Both the position numbers and the translations under genes were made by a program. A stretch of 64,000 nt of DNA from Syntrophales bacterium. Lineage in GTDB: Bacteria > Desulfobacterota > Syntrophia > Syntrophales > UBA5619. The stretch covers positions 66,569 through 130,568 of the forward strand of contig JALNYO010000001.1 in the NCBI GenBank assembly GCA_023229765.1. Reading direction: 5' to 3'. The first letter of the stretch is position 1, and each line of letters opens with the position of its first letter. The notes beneath the pieces are model-generated. The model saw nothing but the letters and a program-made list of their open reading frames with translations, did not search any database and was not told where the DNA came from. This document shows, piece after piece, positions 34,149-43,304 of the stretch.

Positions 34149-35003
34149 ATGCTGAATAGAGAAGACATTCTAACGCCTGATAATTACGATGACCGTCCGG
34201 CGATCGTTAAACTGCTGACGTCCCCTTTTACCGCGCTTGGCAGGAAGGCAATTCACCTGGTGAATAGTCTGGGCGCATCGGGAATCTTTCTCTTTTTGGC
34301 TTTTACCGGCATTTTCCGCCCGAAGCAACTGAGCAAAATCCTCCATCAGATTTACTATATAGGCGCAAGATCCTTTGGCATTATCGCCCTTGTCAGCCTT
34401 TTTACCGGGATGGTGCTGGGACTTCAGTCCTACCACGCGCTTGTTCAATTTGGCGCCGAGGGGGCGCTGGGCACCCTGGTTTCGCTGACGCTGATCAGGG
34501 AATTGGGGCCGGTGCTTACGGCGATCATGATAACCGCCCGGGCCGGTTCGGCCATCACCGCGGAAATAGGGATTCAACGTATTTCCGAACAAATTGACGC
34601 CCTTTATACCATGCGGATCGATCCGCTGCGCTTTCTGGTCAGCCCCCGCATCGCCGCCGCCATTATCAGCTTTCCCCTCCTTACCGCGATATTTGATGTA
34701 GTCGGAATCTTTGGCGGCTATATCTCCGGGGTTCTGCTGATGGGAGCAAATTCAGCTTCTTATATTTATCGAATTCAGTCCAATACGGATATTGGCGATG
34801 TTGCCGACGGATTCATAAAGGCGATCGTCTTTGCCATCATCGTCTCCACGGTAAGCTGTTACCAGGGCTATTTCGCCCACATGCGCACTGATGGTCATGG
34901 CGCCAAGGCTGTTGGCCTTTCCACTACGGCGGCGGTCGTTCTGTCCTGCGTCTTGATCCTGGTTTCCGATTATGTAGTTACCTCCATTCTGATGGCTGGT
35001 TAG
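34149..35003 (+). CDS. mlaE: Phospholipid ABC transporter permease MlaE
   Basis: LGPVLTAIMITARAGSAITAEIGIQRISEQIDALYTMRIDPLRFLVSPR is the MlaE signature region. The ATG is at 34149; the ORF is open from TTG 34140. Confidence 0.9.
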   Translation: MLNREDILTPDNYDDRPAIVKLLTSPFTALGRKAIHLVNSLGASGIFLFLAFTGIFRPKQLSKILHQIYYIGARSFGIIALVSLFTGMVLGLQSYHALVQFGAEGALGTLVSLTLIRELGPVLTAIMITARAGSAITAEIGIQRISEQIDALYTMRIDPLRFLVSPRIAAAIISFPLLTAIFDVVGIFGGYISGVLLMGANSASYIYRIQSNTDIGDVADGFIKAIVFAIIVSTVSCYQGYFAHMRTDGHGAKAVGLSTTAAVVLSCVLILVSDYVVTSILMAG

Positions 35004-35007
35004 GATA

Positions 35008-36243
35008 ATGGCTGCCCCTTTCATAGAATTCAGGAATATAACCAAGAGATTCGGTTCGCTGGCCGTTCTGGAAGACGTCAATTTCCAGATTTACGAAGGC
35101 GAGGTAACAACAATCATCGGACTCAGTGGCTCGGGGAAAAGCGTCTTGCTGAAACATATAATTGGGTTGCTCAAGCCCGATAGCGGCATTATCTTGTTTG
35201 AGGGCAAACCCCTCAACGAGATGAGCAAGGGTGAACTGAAGAAGACCCTTTCCCAGGTAAGCTATATGTTTCAGGGGAACGCCCTTTTTGATTCAATGAC
35301 TGTTTACGAAAACATCGCCCTTCCCCTCCGGGAAACAACGAATATGACAAAGGCCGAAATAGACAAAAAGGTCTCGGTCCGAATAGAGCAGACGGAGCTT
35401 ACGGAAGCTGCTCAACGTTATCCTTCCGAGCTTTCCGGGGGGATGCAGAAGCGCGCCGCCTTGGCGAGGGTTCTGGTGACAGATCCGAAGGTCGTTCTTT
35501 TTGATGAACCTACAACCGGCCAGGACCCGGTGCGGAAAAACGCCATTTTGAGCATGATCGCCCAGTATCAGAGAAAATTTGGCTTTACCGCGATCCTTGT
35601 CAGCCACGAGATTCCGGATGTCTATTTTATCTCCAACCGCATTCTTGCCCTTTATCAAAAGAAGATCGTCTTTCAGGGTTCCCCCGAGGAGTTTGAGGAT
35701 TTCGACCATCCCTTCCAGACGGAGGTTATTCGAAGCCTGGAGGGGCTTCAACATGAACTGACGGGCATGTATTCAAAAAGGCAGTTCAAGATGCAGAATC
35801 ATGCGCGGATGAAGCGAACCGGGGAAGGGGACATATACGCCGTTCTTGTGCATACGTTGAGGGAAGATGATTCGACTGGCGGGAAAGAATCTCATGAGGA
35901 GGTTCTGAAGGGGATCGAACACTGTGTAGCTGAATACTTCACCGCCGCGGGAGGTTTTTCCACCCGTCTTAAAACGGACGAATTTGTTACGGTTCTTCCC
36001 TATTCCAATATAGCGGAGGCGGAAGACCTTGCCCGTGATTTTGTTGACTCCCTGAAGGTAAAAACGGGCGGGCGGGGGGGTGTAAGCGGCGCCGGACATG
36101 AACATGACGGCAAGGGCGGGAATTTTGCGCTGCTTACAGGCATAGCGGAGGGATTCCCTGCTGATGAGATAGAAACCGTTATAGCGTCTGCCCGGTCTCA
36201 ACAAAAAGAAACAACGCGTCTTCACTGTGATGCGAGGAGGTAG
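35008..36243 (+). CDS. mlaF: MlaF-type ABC ATPase fused to a C-terminal degenerate GGDEF-like domain
   Basis: The N-terminal ~250 aa carry Walker A GLSGSGKSVLLK, LSGGMQKRAALAR and LFDEPTTGQDP. The C-terminal ~150 aa read HELTGMYSKRQF...AVLVHTLRED...HEEVLKGIEHCVAEYF...STRLKTDEFVTVLPYSNIAEAEDLA...LLTGIAE. That follows the GGDEF-domain layout, with KTDEF in place of GGDEF. Confidence 0.8.
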   Translation: MAAPFIEFRNITKRFGSLAVLEDVNFQIYEGEVTTIIGLSGSGKSVLLKHIIGLLKPDSGIILFEGKPLNEMSKGELKKTLSQVSYMFQGNALFDSMTVYENIALPLRETTNMTKAEIDKKVSVRIEQTELTEAAQRYPSELSGGMQKRAALARVLVTDPKVVLFDEPTTGQDPVRKNAILSMIAQYQRKFGFTAILVSHEIPDVYFISNRILALYQKKIVFQGSPEEFEDFDHPFQTEVIRSLEGLQHELTGMYSKRQFKMQNHARMKRTGEGDIYAVLVHTLREDDSTGGKESHEEVLKGIEHCVAEYFTAAGGFSTRLKTDEFVTVLPYSNIAEAEDLARDFVDSLKVKTGGRGGVSGAGHEHDGKGGNFALLTGIAEGFPADEIETVIASARSQQKETTRLHCDARR

Positions 36244-36247
36244 TTTT

Positions 36248-36703
36248 ATGAAGAAATACACAATGGAAACGACGGTCGGCATTTTTATTGTTCTGGGCTT
36301 GATCATGATCGCCTATATGACAGTAACTCTTGGACATGTATCATTTTTTGCCGATGAGACATATCCCCTTTCGGCCCGTTTTGCATCCGTTACCGGGTTG
36401 AGAAAAGGCAGCCCTGTCTATATGCTGGGGCTCAAGGTCGGCCAGACGGAGGATCTTTCCATCGATCAGAAAAATCAGAAGGCGATTGTAAAGATTCAGA
36501 TTAATAAAGAGATACAGGTATATGACGATGCGATTGCCTCAATCAAAACAGAGGGTCTTATCGGCGACAGTTATTTGAGTATCGATCCGGGAGGTTCAGG
36601 GGAGCTGCTCAAGAGCGGCGGGGTGATCATTGAAACGCATCCGCCATTGGATATCGCCGATTTGATCGGGAAGTACGCCTTTGGCGATGTCAAGAAAAAA
36701 TAG
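36248..36703 (+). CDS. mlaD: MCE-domain protein MlaD
   Basis: N-terminal TM helix TTVGIFIVLGLIMIAYM. MCE core: SARFASVTGLRKGSPVYMLGLKVGQ...IKTEGLIGDSYLSIDPG. ATG 36248 lies 7 nt after GAGGAGG. Confidence 0.88.
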   Translation: MKKYTMETTVGIFIVLGLIMIAYMTVTLGHVSFFADETYPLSARFASVTGLRKGSPVYMLGLKVGQTEDLSIDQKNQKAIVKIQINKEIQVYDDAIASIKTEGLIGDSYLSIDPGGSGELLKSGGVIIETHPPLDIADLIGKYAFGDVKKK

Positions 36704-36733
36704 CGATAATAGGCAGATAAGGGAGAGAAGGCG

Positions 36734-37330
36734 ATGAAAAGATTTGCTTTGATATTGTTTGGCATAATTGTCATCCTGTTTTTTTCATTTGCGGCGTATG
36801 CCGGGGCGCCGTTGGAAAAGCTCCGGAAGGATGTAACCGATGTACTCAATGTTTTAAAGGATCCAGCGAGAAAAGCGGAGTTTGCCAAAGATATAAAGAG
36901 TGACAAAATATTGCCTATTTACGCAACGATGTTCGATGATGTTGAACTTTCCAAAAGGGCGCTGGCAAGAAACTGGAATAATCTCAGCGTCCCCCAGCGT
37001 CAGGAATTTGTAAAGCTTTTCCGGCAGGTGCTGGAGCGGGCCTATGGCGATAAAATTGTCTCCTATAATGACGAAAAGGTTCTTTTCGACCGGGAGACGA
37101 TGCTCTCCGCAAATATTGCCGAGATTCAATCAAGGGTTGTTACCGCCTCCAAAGAAATCCCCGTTAACTATATGATGATCCAGAAAAACGGCGTCTGGAA
37201 GGTTTATGACGTGATTGTCGAGAATGTAAGTCTGGTGCAGAACTATCGAACCCAGTTCAACGAGATTCTCGCCAAAAACACGACCGACCAGCTTCTGGAA
37301 ATTCTCAGAAAAAAGATTAAGGAAAAATAG
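36734..37330 (+). CDS. mlaC: Periplasmic phospholipid-binding protein MlaC (Ttg2D family)
   Basis: Signal peptide, then ...FDDVELSKRALARNWNNLSVPQRQEFVKLFRQVLERAYGDKI, which is typical of Tol/Ttg2. Confidence 0.85.
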   Translation: MKRFALILFGIIVILFFSFAAYAGAPLEKLRKDVTDVLNVLKDPARKAEFAKDIKSDKILPIYATMFDDVELSKRALARNWNNLSVPQRQEFVKLFRQVLERAYGDKIVSYNDEKVLFDRETMLSANIAEIQSRVVTASKEIPVNYMMIQKNGVWKVYDVIVENVSLVQNYRTQFNEILAKNTTDQLLEILRKKIKEK

Positions 37331-37395
37331 CAGAAGAAGAACGTAATTTTTATTTATACTATAAATTCCAATGTCTTCAGAGGATCATTAAGCTT

Positions 37396-38421
37396 ATGAA
37401 AATAACTGCATTTCCTCTATTACTGCTTGTTTTTCTCGCCATCGGCTGTGCCCACAGCCCAGTGCCCACTGCTTATCCAAACCAATCGCCTGCTCAACCA
37501 AAGATAGAGCAATCGCCGACTCCTGCCGCCAATTCAGAGGCCCCCTTTCAGGAATCAACCGGAGCAGCGGTTCTGTCGGCGCAAAAACGAGAGAGCGCTG
37601 AGACCGTTTCTTCAAACAGTGTCGGAGGCGGTTTCCCAAGTAATTCCAGCAGCGCCGATGCGGAGCTTGAGGGGGACTATCAGGAGCCGGAGGAGTTGCG
37701 CAAGCCGGGTGATTATCAGAATACAGATAATTCCGAAAAGAACGGCCAAGGGGAAAACGGCGAAAGATTAACCATTGCCGATCCGCTCGAACCTTTTAAC
37801 CGGGCGATGTTTCAGTTCAACGACAAGCTTTACTTCTGGGTGCTCAAACCGGTAGCCCAGGCTTACAAAAAGGTGGTTCACGAGGATGTCCGGGTGGTTG
37901 TCAAAAACTTTTTCTCGAATGCGGCCTTTCCGGCGCGTTTTGTAAATTGTCTGCTGCAGGCGAACCTTACGGGAGCCGCAAGCGAGGTCGGCCGCTTTGC
38001 CCTGAACACCCTGGTTGGATTTGGGGGCATGTTTGATCCCGCTTCCGACAAGGGGATAAATCTGGCGAAACACGGCGAGGATTTTGGGCAGACGCTGGGG
38101 TTATATGGAATCGGACACGGTTTTTACATCCATTGGCCCATATTCGGACCCTCGAGCCCCCGCGACACGATTGGGATGGCCGGGGACGGATTTCTCAATC
38201 CCTTTTCCTATCTCGATCAGTGGTACGAGTCGGCAGGAGTGGGCGCTTATGACAGGATTAATGACACCTCTTTCAGCATCGGCGATTACGAGACGCTCAA
38301 GCAGGCGGCTATCGATCCTTATGTGGCGGTGCGCGACGCCTATGTCCAGTACCGTTTCAACAAGGTGAAGCGCCGAGATGGATTCTACGCCCCTGCAAGC
38401 GGCGGAGAGCCCGAGCGTTAG
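37396..38421 (+). CDS. mlaA: Outer-membrane lipoprotein MlaA/VacJ with a long disordered linker
   Basis: Lipobox LAIGC, then about 115 aa of low-complexity S/P/E/N-rich linker, then the VacJ core DPLEPFNRAMFQFNDKLYFWVLKPVAQAYKKVV...GFGGMFDPA. Confidence 0.88.
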   Translation: MKITAFPLLLLVFLAIGCAHSPVPTAYPNQSPAQPKIEQSPTPAANSEAPFQESTGAAVLSAQKRESAETVSSNSVGGGFPSNSSSADAELEGDYQEPEELRKPGDYQNTDNSEKNGQGENGERLTIADPLEPFNRAMFQFNDKLYFWVLKPVAQAYKKVVHEDVRVVVKNFFSNAAFPARFVNCLLQANLTGAASEVGRFALNTLVGFGGMFDPASDKGINLAKHGEDFGQTLGLYGIGHGFYIHWPIFGPSSPRDTIGMAGDGFLNPFSYLDQWYESAGVGAYDRINDTSFSIGDYETLKQAAIDPYVAVRDAYVQYRFNKVKRRDGFYAPASGGEPER

Positions 38422-38744
38422 CTGAAATTGACATTATTCAGATAAGTGCCGAGCAATGAATTTCTCCCTGAACGTGATTTTTGCGCAATGACTTTTTCGC
38501 GGCCGCCCGCGCTGAGTATCCAATAAGGGGAGGCTTGTCAATGAATTTCAGTATTGCAAATGCTCAGGGGGCCCGCCTTCCGAAGGGCAGCCTCCGCCCT
38601 TCGGAAGGAATGGTTCGGTTAATGACAAAATAATAATCTGCCGCCTTGAACAGAGGTCGCGAATCTGATAGGGAAGCAAACCATGGAGGAATATTTTTAC
38701 CTGAAAAAAGCTTCTGTAAATCCTGCCTGGCCGGGTGGAAACCA

Positions 38745-39515
38745 ATGAAGGCGATTTTTTTGGCCGACGCGCATCTGAAGAGCGCCGCGGATGAAGGATA
38801 TAAAAAATGCCTGCATTTTTTCGATGGTTTGCATGGGCGGGGAGCGTCGCCTGGGGCGGAACGCGCAAACGGCAATAATGTTGATATAATTGTTATTGCT
38901 GGTGATTTTTTTGACTTCTGGTTCGAGCGCAAGGGCCGCATTTATCAGGAATTCCAGCCGATTGTGACAAGCATTAAACGGTTGAAGGAAGAAGGGGTAA
39001 GAATCTGCATCTGCGAGGGCAACCACGATTTTTTTCTCGCTGATTTTTTTGCCAGAAGACTCGACATTGAGGTTTATCCCGATGCCCTGGAACTTGCAAT
39101 CGACGGTCTGCGGGTCTTTGTTGCTCATGGCGATACCGTCGATCGGGAAAACCGCCGATATCTCGCCTTGCGGGGATTTTTCCGCAGTGCCTTCACCTAT
39201 CGCCTGCAGCAAATAGTCCCGCTGTCGCTGCTCTTTGCCATCGCAAGGTTAAGCTCCGGCCTGAGTCGGGGAATTACAGTCAGCGCCCAGGAACAGATAG
39301 TCGGAAAAATGCGCCTTTTTGCCGAAGAAAGATTCAGGGAGGGATTCGACGCCGTTATTATTGGTCACTCCCATGCCGAGACATTGGGGCAGGAAAAAGA
39401 AAACGGAAAGCAACGAATTTTTGCAACCCTTGGCGACTGGATAACGCTTTCCACATACCTGATCTGCGAGGACGGCCGTTTTTCCCTGGAGCGTTTCGAC
39501 CGGCGGGAAGAATGA
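38745..39515 (+). CDS. lpxH: Calcineurin-like metallophosphoesterase, LpxH-like (UDP-2,3-diacylglucosamine diphosphatase candidate)
   Basis: MKAIFLADAHL, IAGDFFDFWF, CEGNHDFFL, AHGD and GHSH are the metallophosphoesterase motifs in LpxH order. The ORF is open from 38646, but ATG 38745 gives the canonical N-terminus. Confidence 0.7.
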   Translation: MKAIFLADAHLKSAADEGYKKCLHFFDGLHGRGASPGAERANGNNVDIIVIAGDFFDFWFERKGRIYQEFQPIVTSIKRLKEEGVRICICEGNHDFFLADFFARRLDIEVYPDALELAIDGLRVFVAHGDTVDRENRRYLALRGFFRSAFTYRLQQIVPLSLLFAIARLSSGLSRGITVSAQEQIVGKMRLFAEERFREGFDAVIIGHSHAETLGQEKENGKQRIFATLGDWITLSTYLICEDGRFSLERFDRREE

Positions 39516-39579
39516 TGGGTTTACAACAAAGTTTTTTTGATTACGTCGTTATTTGCGTCTGTCGCAAAGGGGAAGAAGA

Positions 39580-40476
39580 ATGGCTTTAGTTTCCAAAGAA
39601 GAGGGCATGCACTACGAGGGGTATTGCATTCGGCCGCCCAGCGAGGCCGACAGCATCCTGCTGCAAGTCACGCTGGGGTGTTCCCACAATCGCTGCACCT
39701 TTTGCGGCTCCTATGGCGACAAATGCTTCGCGATCAAGGACGACAAGATCATCCAAAGCGATATCCGCTATGCTGCCCGGTACATGCAGGGCCAGGAGCG
39801 GCTCTTTCTGATGGACGGCGACGCCCTGATCATCCCCCAGAAAAAGCTGCTGGGAATCCTGGAGAAGATCGCGATGGATCTGCCCTGGGTGAAACGGGTC
39901 GGCGCCTATGCAAACACCAAGGGAATCAAACGGAAATCTGTCGAAGAGCTGAAAGAACTGCGGCAGTTGAAACTCGGCATCCTCTATTACGGCGTTGAAA
40001 CGGGCGACGACGAAATCAGGTCGGCCATCGATAAAGGCTCAACCGCCGCCCAGTGCATAGAGATGGGGCAACGGGTGAAGGAGGCGGGCATCCTGCTTTC
40101 GGTTACCGTTCTGCTCGGGATCGGCGGCGCTCGCCTCTCACTGCGCCATGCGCGGGCCACAGGCGAGCTTTTGAGCGCCATTGATCCAGATTATGTCGGG
40201 GCCCTGACATTGATGCTTACACCCGGAACGCCCCTGTACGAGGATTTTCAGCGCGGAACCTTCACGCTCCCCGATGAGGCCGGAATGTTGCGGGAATTGC
40301 GCGAAATGATTGCCCATACCAACTTGACGAACGGATATTTTTTCTCCAACCATGCCTCGAATTACCTGCCCGTGAAGGCCCGGCTTCCCGAAGGCAAAAA
40401 ACAGGCCCTGGCGCTGATCGATGCGGCTCTGCGCGGCGAGATCGGCCTGAAGCCCGAGTGGATGCGGGCGCTGTAA
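39580..40476 (+). CDS. Radical SAM protein (function unknown)
   Basis: CSHNRCTFCGS (CxxxCxxC), then FLMDGDAL and YYGVETGDDEI. ATG 39580 was chosen. Confidence 0.8.
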   Translation: MALVSKEEGMHYEGYCIRPPSEADSILLQVTLGCSHNRCTFCGSYGDKCFAIKDDKIIQSDIRYAARYMQGQERLFLMDGDALIIPQKKLLGILEKIAMDLPWVKRVGAYANTKGIKRKSVEELKELRQLKLGILYYGVETGDDEIRSAIDKGSTAAQCIEMGQRVKEAGILLSVTVLLGIGGARLSLRHARATGELLSAIDPDYVGALTLMLTPGTPLYEDFQRGTFTLPDEAGMLRELREMIAHTNLTNGYFFSNHASNYLPVKARLPEGKKQALALIDAALRGEIGLKPEWMRAL

Positions 40477-40482
40477 CAACAC

Positions 40483-40983
40483 TCACGTCGCGCAGTCGCG
40501 GGTGTCGCCTTGAATCTTTTCAATCGCATGATTCAGGGCCGGCAGTACGACGTTGAGATTTTCGCGGGCGCCGCGCGGGCTGCCGGGAAGGTTGATGATC
40601 AGCGTCTGGTTGAGGATGCCGGCGATGGCGCGCGAAATCATTGCGTGGGGGGTGACAAGACCGCTTTGCCGGCGCATCTCTTCCGCCATGCCGGGGATCT
40701 CCCGTTCGATAACTTCGCGGGTGGCATCGGGGGTTACGTCCCGGGGACTGACGCCGGTGCCGCCGGTCGTCAGGAGCAGATCGATTTTATTGCCTGCGCA
40801 GAACTCCACAAGCGTCCGGCGGATAATCTCCTTTTCGTCGGGGATTATCCGCCGGACGACTATTTCTATCCCGATTGACTCGAGGATGCGGGCAATCTCC
40901 GGGCCGCTTGCGTCTTCTCTTTCACCGCGGGAGCCCCGGTCGCTGACCGTTACCACCGCGGCGCGGTATCTAATCTCGGGCAT
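40483..40983 (-). CDS. mogA: Molybdenum cofactor biosynthesis protein MogA/MoaB family
   Basis: AAVVTVSDRGSRGEREDASGP...LLLTTGGTGVSPRDVTPDAT...PGSPRGA. Confidence 0.85.
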   Translation of the reverse strand: MPEIRYRAAVVTVSDRGSRGEREDASGPEIARILESIGIEIVVRRIIPDEKEIIRRTLVEFCAGNKIDLLLTTGGTGVSPRDVTPDATREVIEREIPGMAEEMRRQSGLVTPHAMISRAIAGILNQTLIINLPGSPRGARENLNVVLPALNHAIEKIQGDTRDCAT

Positions 40984-43054
40984 CGTTTTTCTTAGCTTCC
41001 GCAATGATCTTTTCGGCTATGAACGAGGGAACCTCCTCGTAGTGTGAATGGGTATAGGTGAAGTTGCCGCGGCCGCTTGTCATTGAGCGGAGATCGGGGG
41101 CGTAGCGGAGAATCTCCGCCAGCGGCGCCTGCCCCTTGATGATCTGGTTATGGCCGAGGGAATCCATCCCGAGCACCTTGCCGCGCCGCGAGTTCAGATC
41201 GCCGATCACGTCGCCCATGTATTCATCGGGAATCTCGATTACAATATTGACGATGGGTTCCAGGAGAATCGGCTGGCAATCGAGCACCCCCTTCTTGAAA
41301 CCGAGCGAGCCCGCAATCTTAAAGGCCATTTCCGAGGAGTCAACCGTGTGATACGACCCGTCCACCAGCGCCACCCGGAGGTCAACTACCGGGTAGCCGG
41401 CGAGGATGCCCTCTTCCATCGCCTCCACGATCCCCTTTTCCACAGCGGGACGGTACTGCTGGGGCACCACGCCGCCGAAGATCTTGTCGGCAAACTCAAA
41501 ACCCGCCCCCCGGGGCAGAGGTTCGATCTCCAACCAGGTGTCGCCGAACTGGCCGCGACCGCCGGACTGCTTTTTGTAACGGCCCTGTATCCTTGTCTTG
41601 CCCTTGATGGTTTCCCGGTAAGGAACTTTGGGCGTCTTCAGGGTGACCTCGAGACCGAATTTGCGCTTCATCTTCTCGACGGCGACCTCGATATGGATCT
41701 GCCCCATGCCGGAGAGGATCATCTCGTTGGTCTGATCGTTTCTGTTGAATGATAAAGTCATATCCTCGTCGATCAGACGGTTTATCGAGGTGCTGAGCTT
41801 GTCTTCGTCGCCGCGTGATTTTGCCTCTACTGCAAAAGAGATAATCGGGACAGGCGGGATCATGCGGGGATAAACAATCGGCGCTTTTTCAGCGCACAGC
41901 GTGTCCCCCGTTGCCGTTTCCTTCAATTTCGCAACTGCGGCGATGTCTCCCGGGACCAGGCTTTCGGCCGGCTTCTGGGTTTTTCCCTCCAGAAAGAAGA
42001 TGTTGCTGATCCTTTCCGTCAGATTGCGGGAAACATTATAGAGCCCCTGATCGGCGCTGAGGGTCCCGGAATAGACGCGAAAGAGGGTAAGGCGGCCGGC
42101 AAAGGGGTCGGCAATCGTCTTGAAAACGAAGGCCGAGAAAGGGGCGCTTTCTTCTGGCGCACGGACTTCCTGCTCTTCGCTTCCCGGTTTTGTGCCGTAA
42201 ATGTTGCCCCGATCGACGGGAGAGGGGAAATAATGGACGATTGCATCGAGGAAGGGGTGGATGCCGATATGCTTCAGCGCCGAACCGCAGTAAACAGGGA
42301 TCAGCGAGCCTTTCAGGATTCCTTTTTTGAGACCCTCTTCCATGTCCTCGGGGCTCAGTTCTCCGCTTTCCAGATATTTGTTCATGAGGCTGTCGTCGGT
42401 CTCGGCGATGTCTTCAGTGAGTATTTCCCGGTACTTCTGCACTGTGTCGGCCATATCGGCAGGGATATCGACTGCCTTTACTCCCTTTTTCTGCTCGTCG
42501 TACTGCAGTGCCTTCATTATCGTCAGGTCAACCACACCGGTAAAGGAGTCTTCTTTGCCGATCGGCAGCGCGCAGATCGTGATCTTGGCGCCGAGACGGT
42601 TTTTGACGCTTTCAACCGCCTTGAAGAAATCAGACCGTTCCCGATCCAGACGGTTGACGAAGACTACTCGGGGAAGGTGAAACTCGTTTGCATATTCCCA
42701 CACCTTTTCCGTCTGAAATTCGACGCCGCCCACGGCATCAATAAGCACCACCGCCCCGTCTGCCACCCGGAGGCAGCTTTTCGTGTCGAAGGCGAAATTG
42801 GAATCACCCGGCGTGTCAATGATGTTTATCCGGCTTTTGTTCCAGTCGATACTGTTGGTTGCGGAGTTGATGGAGACATGCTTTTTCTGTTCTTCCGGTT
42901 CATAATCCATAACGGATGATCCGTCATCAACACGGCCGGGTCGGTCGGTTTTCCCGGACAGGTAAAGGAATGACTCGCATAATGTTGTTTTGCCTGTTCC
43001 GCCATGGCCGACGATGGTCATGTTTCTTATAGATTTTGATTCGTATTTTGACAT
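40970..43054 (-). CDS. fusA: Elongation factor G paralog (EF-G2 type)
   Basis: 694 aa with G1 GHGGTGKTTL, DTPGDSNF and NRLD, and full EF-G domains II-V. It is not in an rpsL-rpsG-tuf context. Confidence 0.85.
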   Translation of the reverse strand: MSKYESKSIRNMTIVGHGGTGKTTLCESFLYLSGKTDRPGRVDDGSSVMDYEPEEQKKHVSINSATNSIDWNKSRINIIDTPGDSNFAFDTKSCLRVADGAVVLIDAVGGVEFQTEKVWEYANEFHLPRVVFVNRLDRERSDFFKAVESVKNRLGAKITICALPIGKEDSFTGVVDLTIMKALQYDEQKKGVKAVDIPADMADTVQKYREILTEDIAETDDSLMNKYLESGELSPEDMEEGLKKGILKGSLIPVYCGSALKHIGIHPFLDAIVHYFPSPVDRGNIYGTKPGSEEQEVRAPEESAPFSAFVFKTIADPFAGRLTLFRVYSGTLSADQGLYNVSRNLTERISNIFFLEGKTQKPAESLVPGDIAAVAKLKETATGDTLCAEKAPIVYPRMIPPVPIISFAVEAKSRGDEDKLSTSINRLIDEDMTLSFNRNDQTNEMILSGMGQIHIEVAVEKMKRKFGLEVTLKTPKVPYRETIKGKTRIQGRYKKQSGGRGQFGDTWLEIEPLPRGAGFEFADKIFGGVVPQQYRPAVEKGIVEAMEEGILAGYPVVDLRVALVDGSYHTVDSSEMAFKIAGSLGFKKGVLDCQPILLEPIVNIVIEIPDEYMGDVIGDLNSRRGKVLGMDSLGHNQIIKGQAPLAEILRYAPDLRSMTSGRGNFTYTHSHYEEVPSFIAEKIIAEAKKNDARD

Positions 43055-43304
43055 GGACGCTCCTTTCAGATTATCTTTGATGCGACTGATATGCGGATGC
43101 GTTTATTAGCGTAACCGTAATTGCAAAGTCAAGATAAATCTGGAATAAAATAGTCGCTTGACTTTGAGGGGCAGTATGGTATCTTCAGCCGGCAGTTAAC
43201 TGATGATATTCTGGCTGATTATCGGGAATATGGAGCTTTATAAAGAAATGAATTTAATAGTCAACTGACCGGGGCTGGGGTCGGTTTTTTTTTGAAAGGA
43301 TGTT

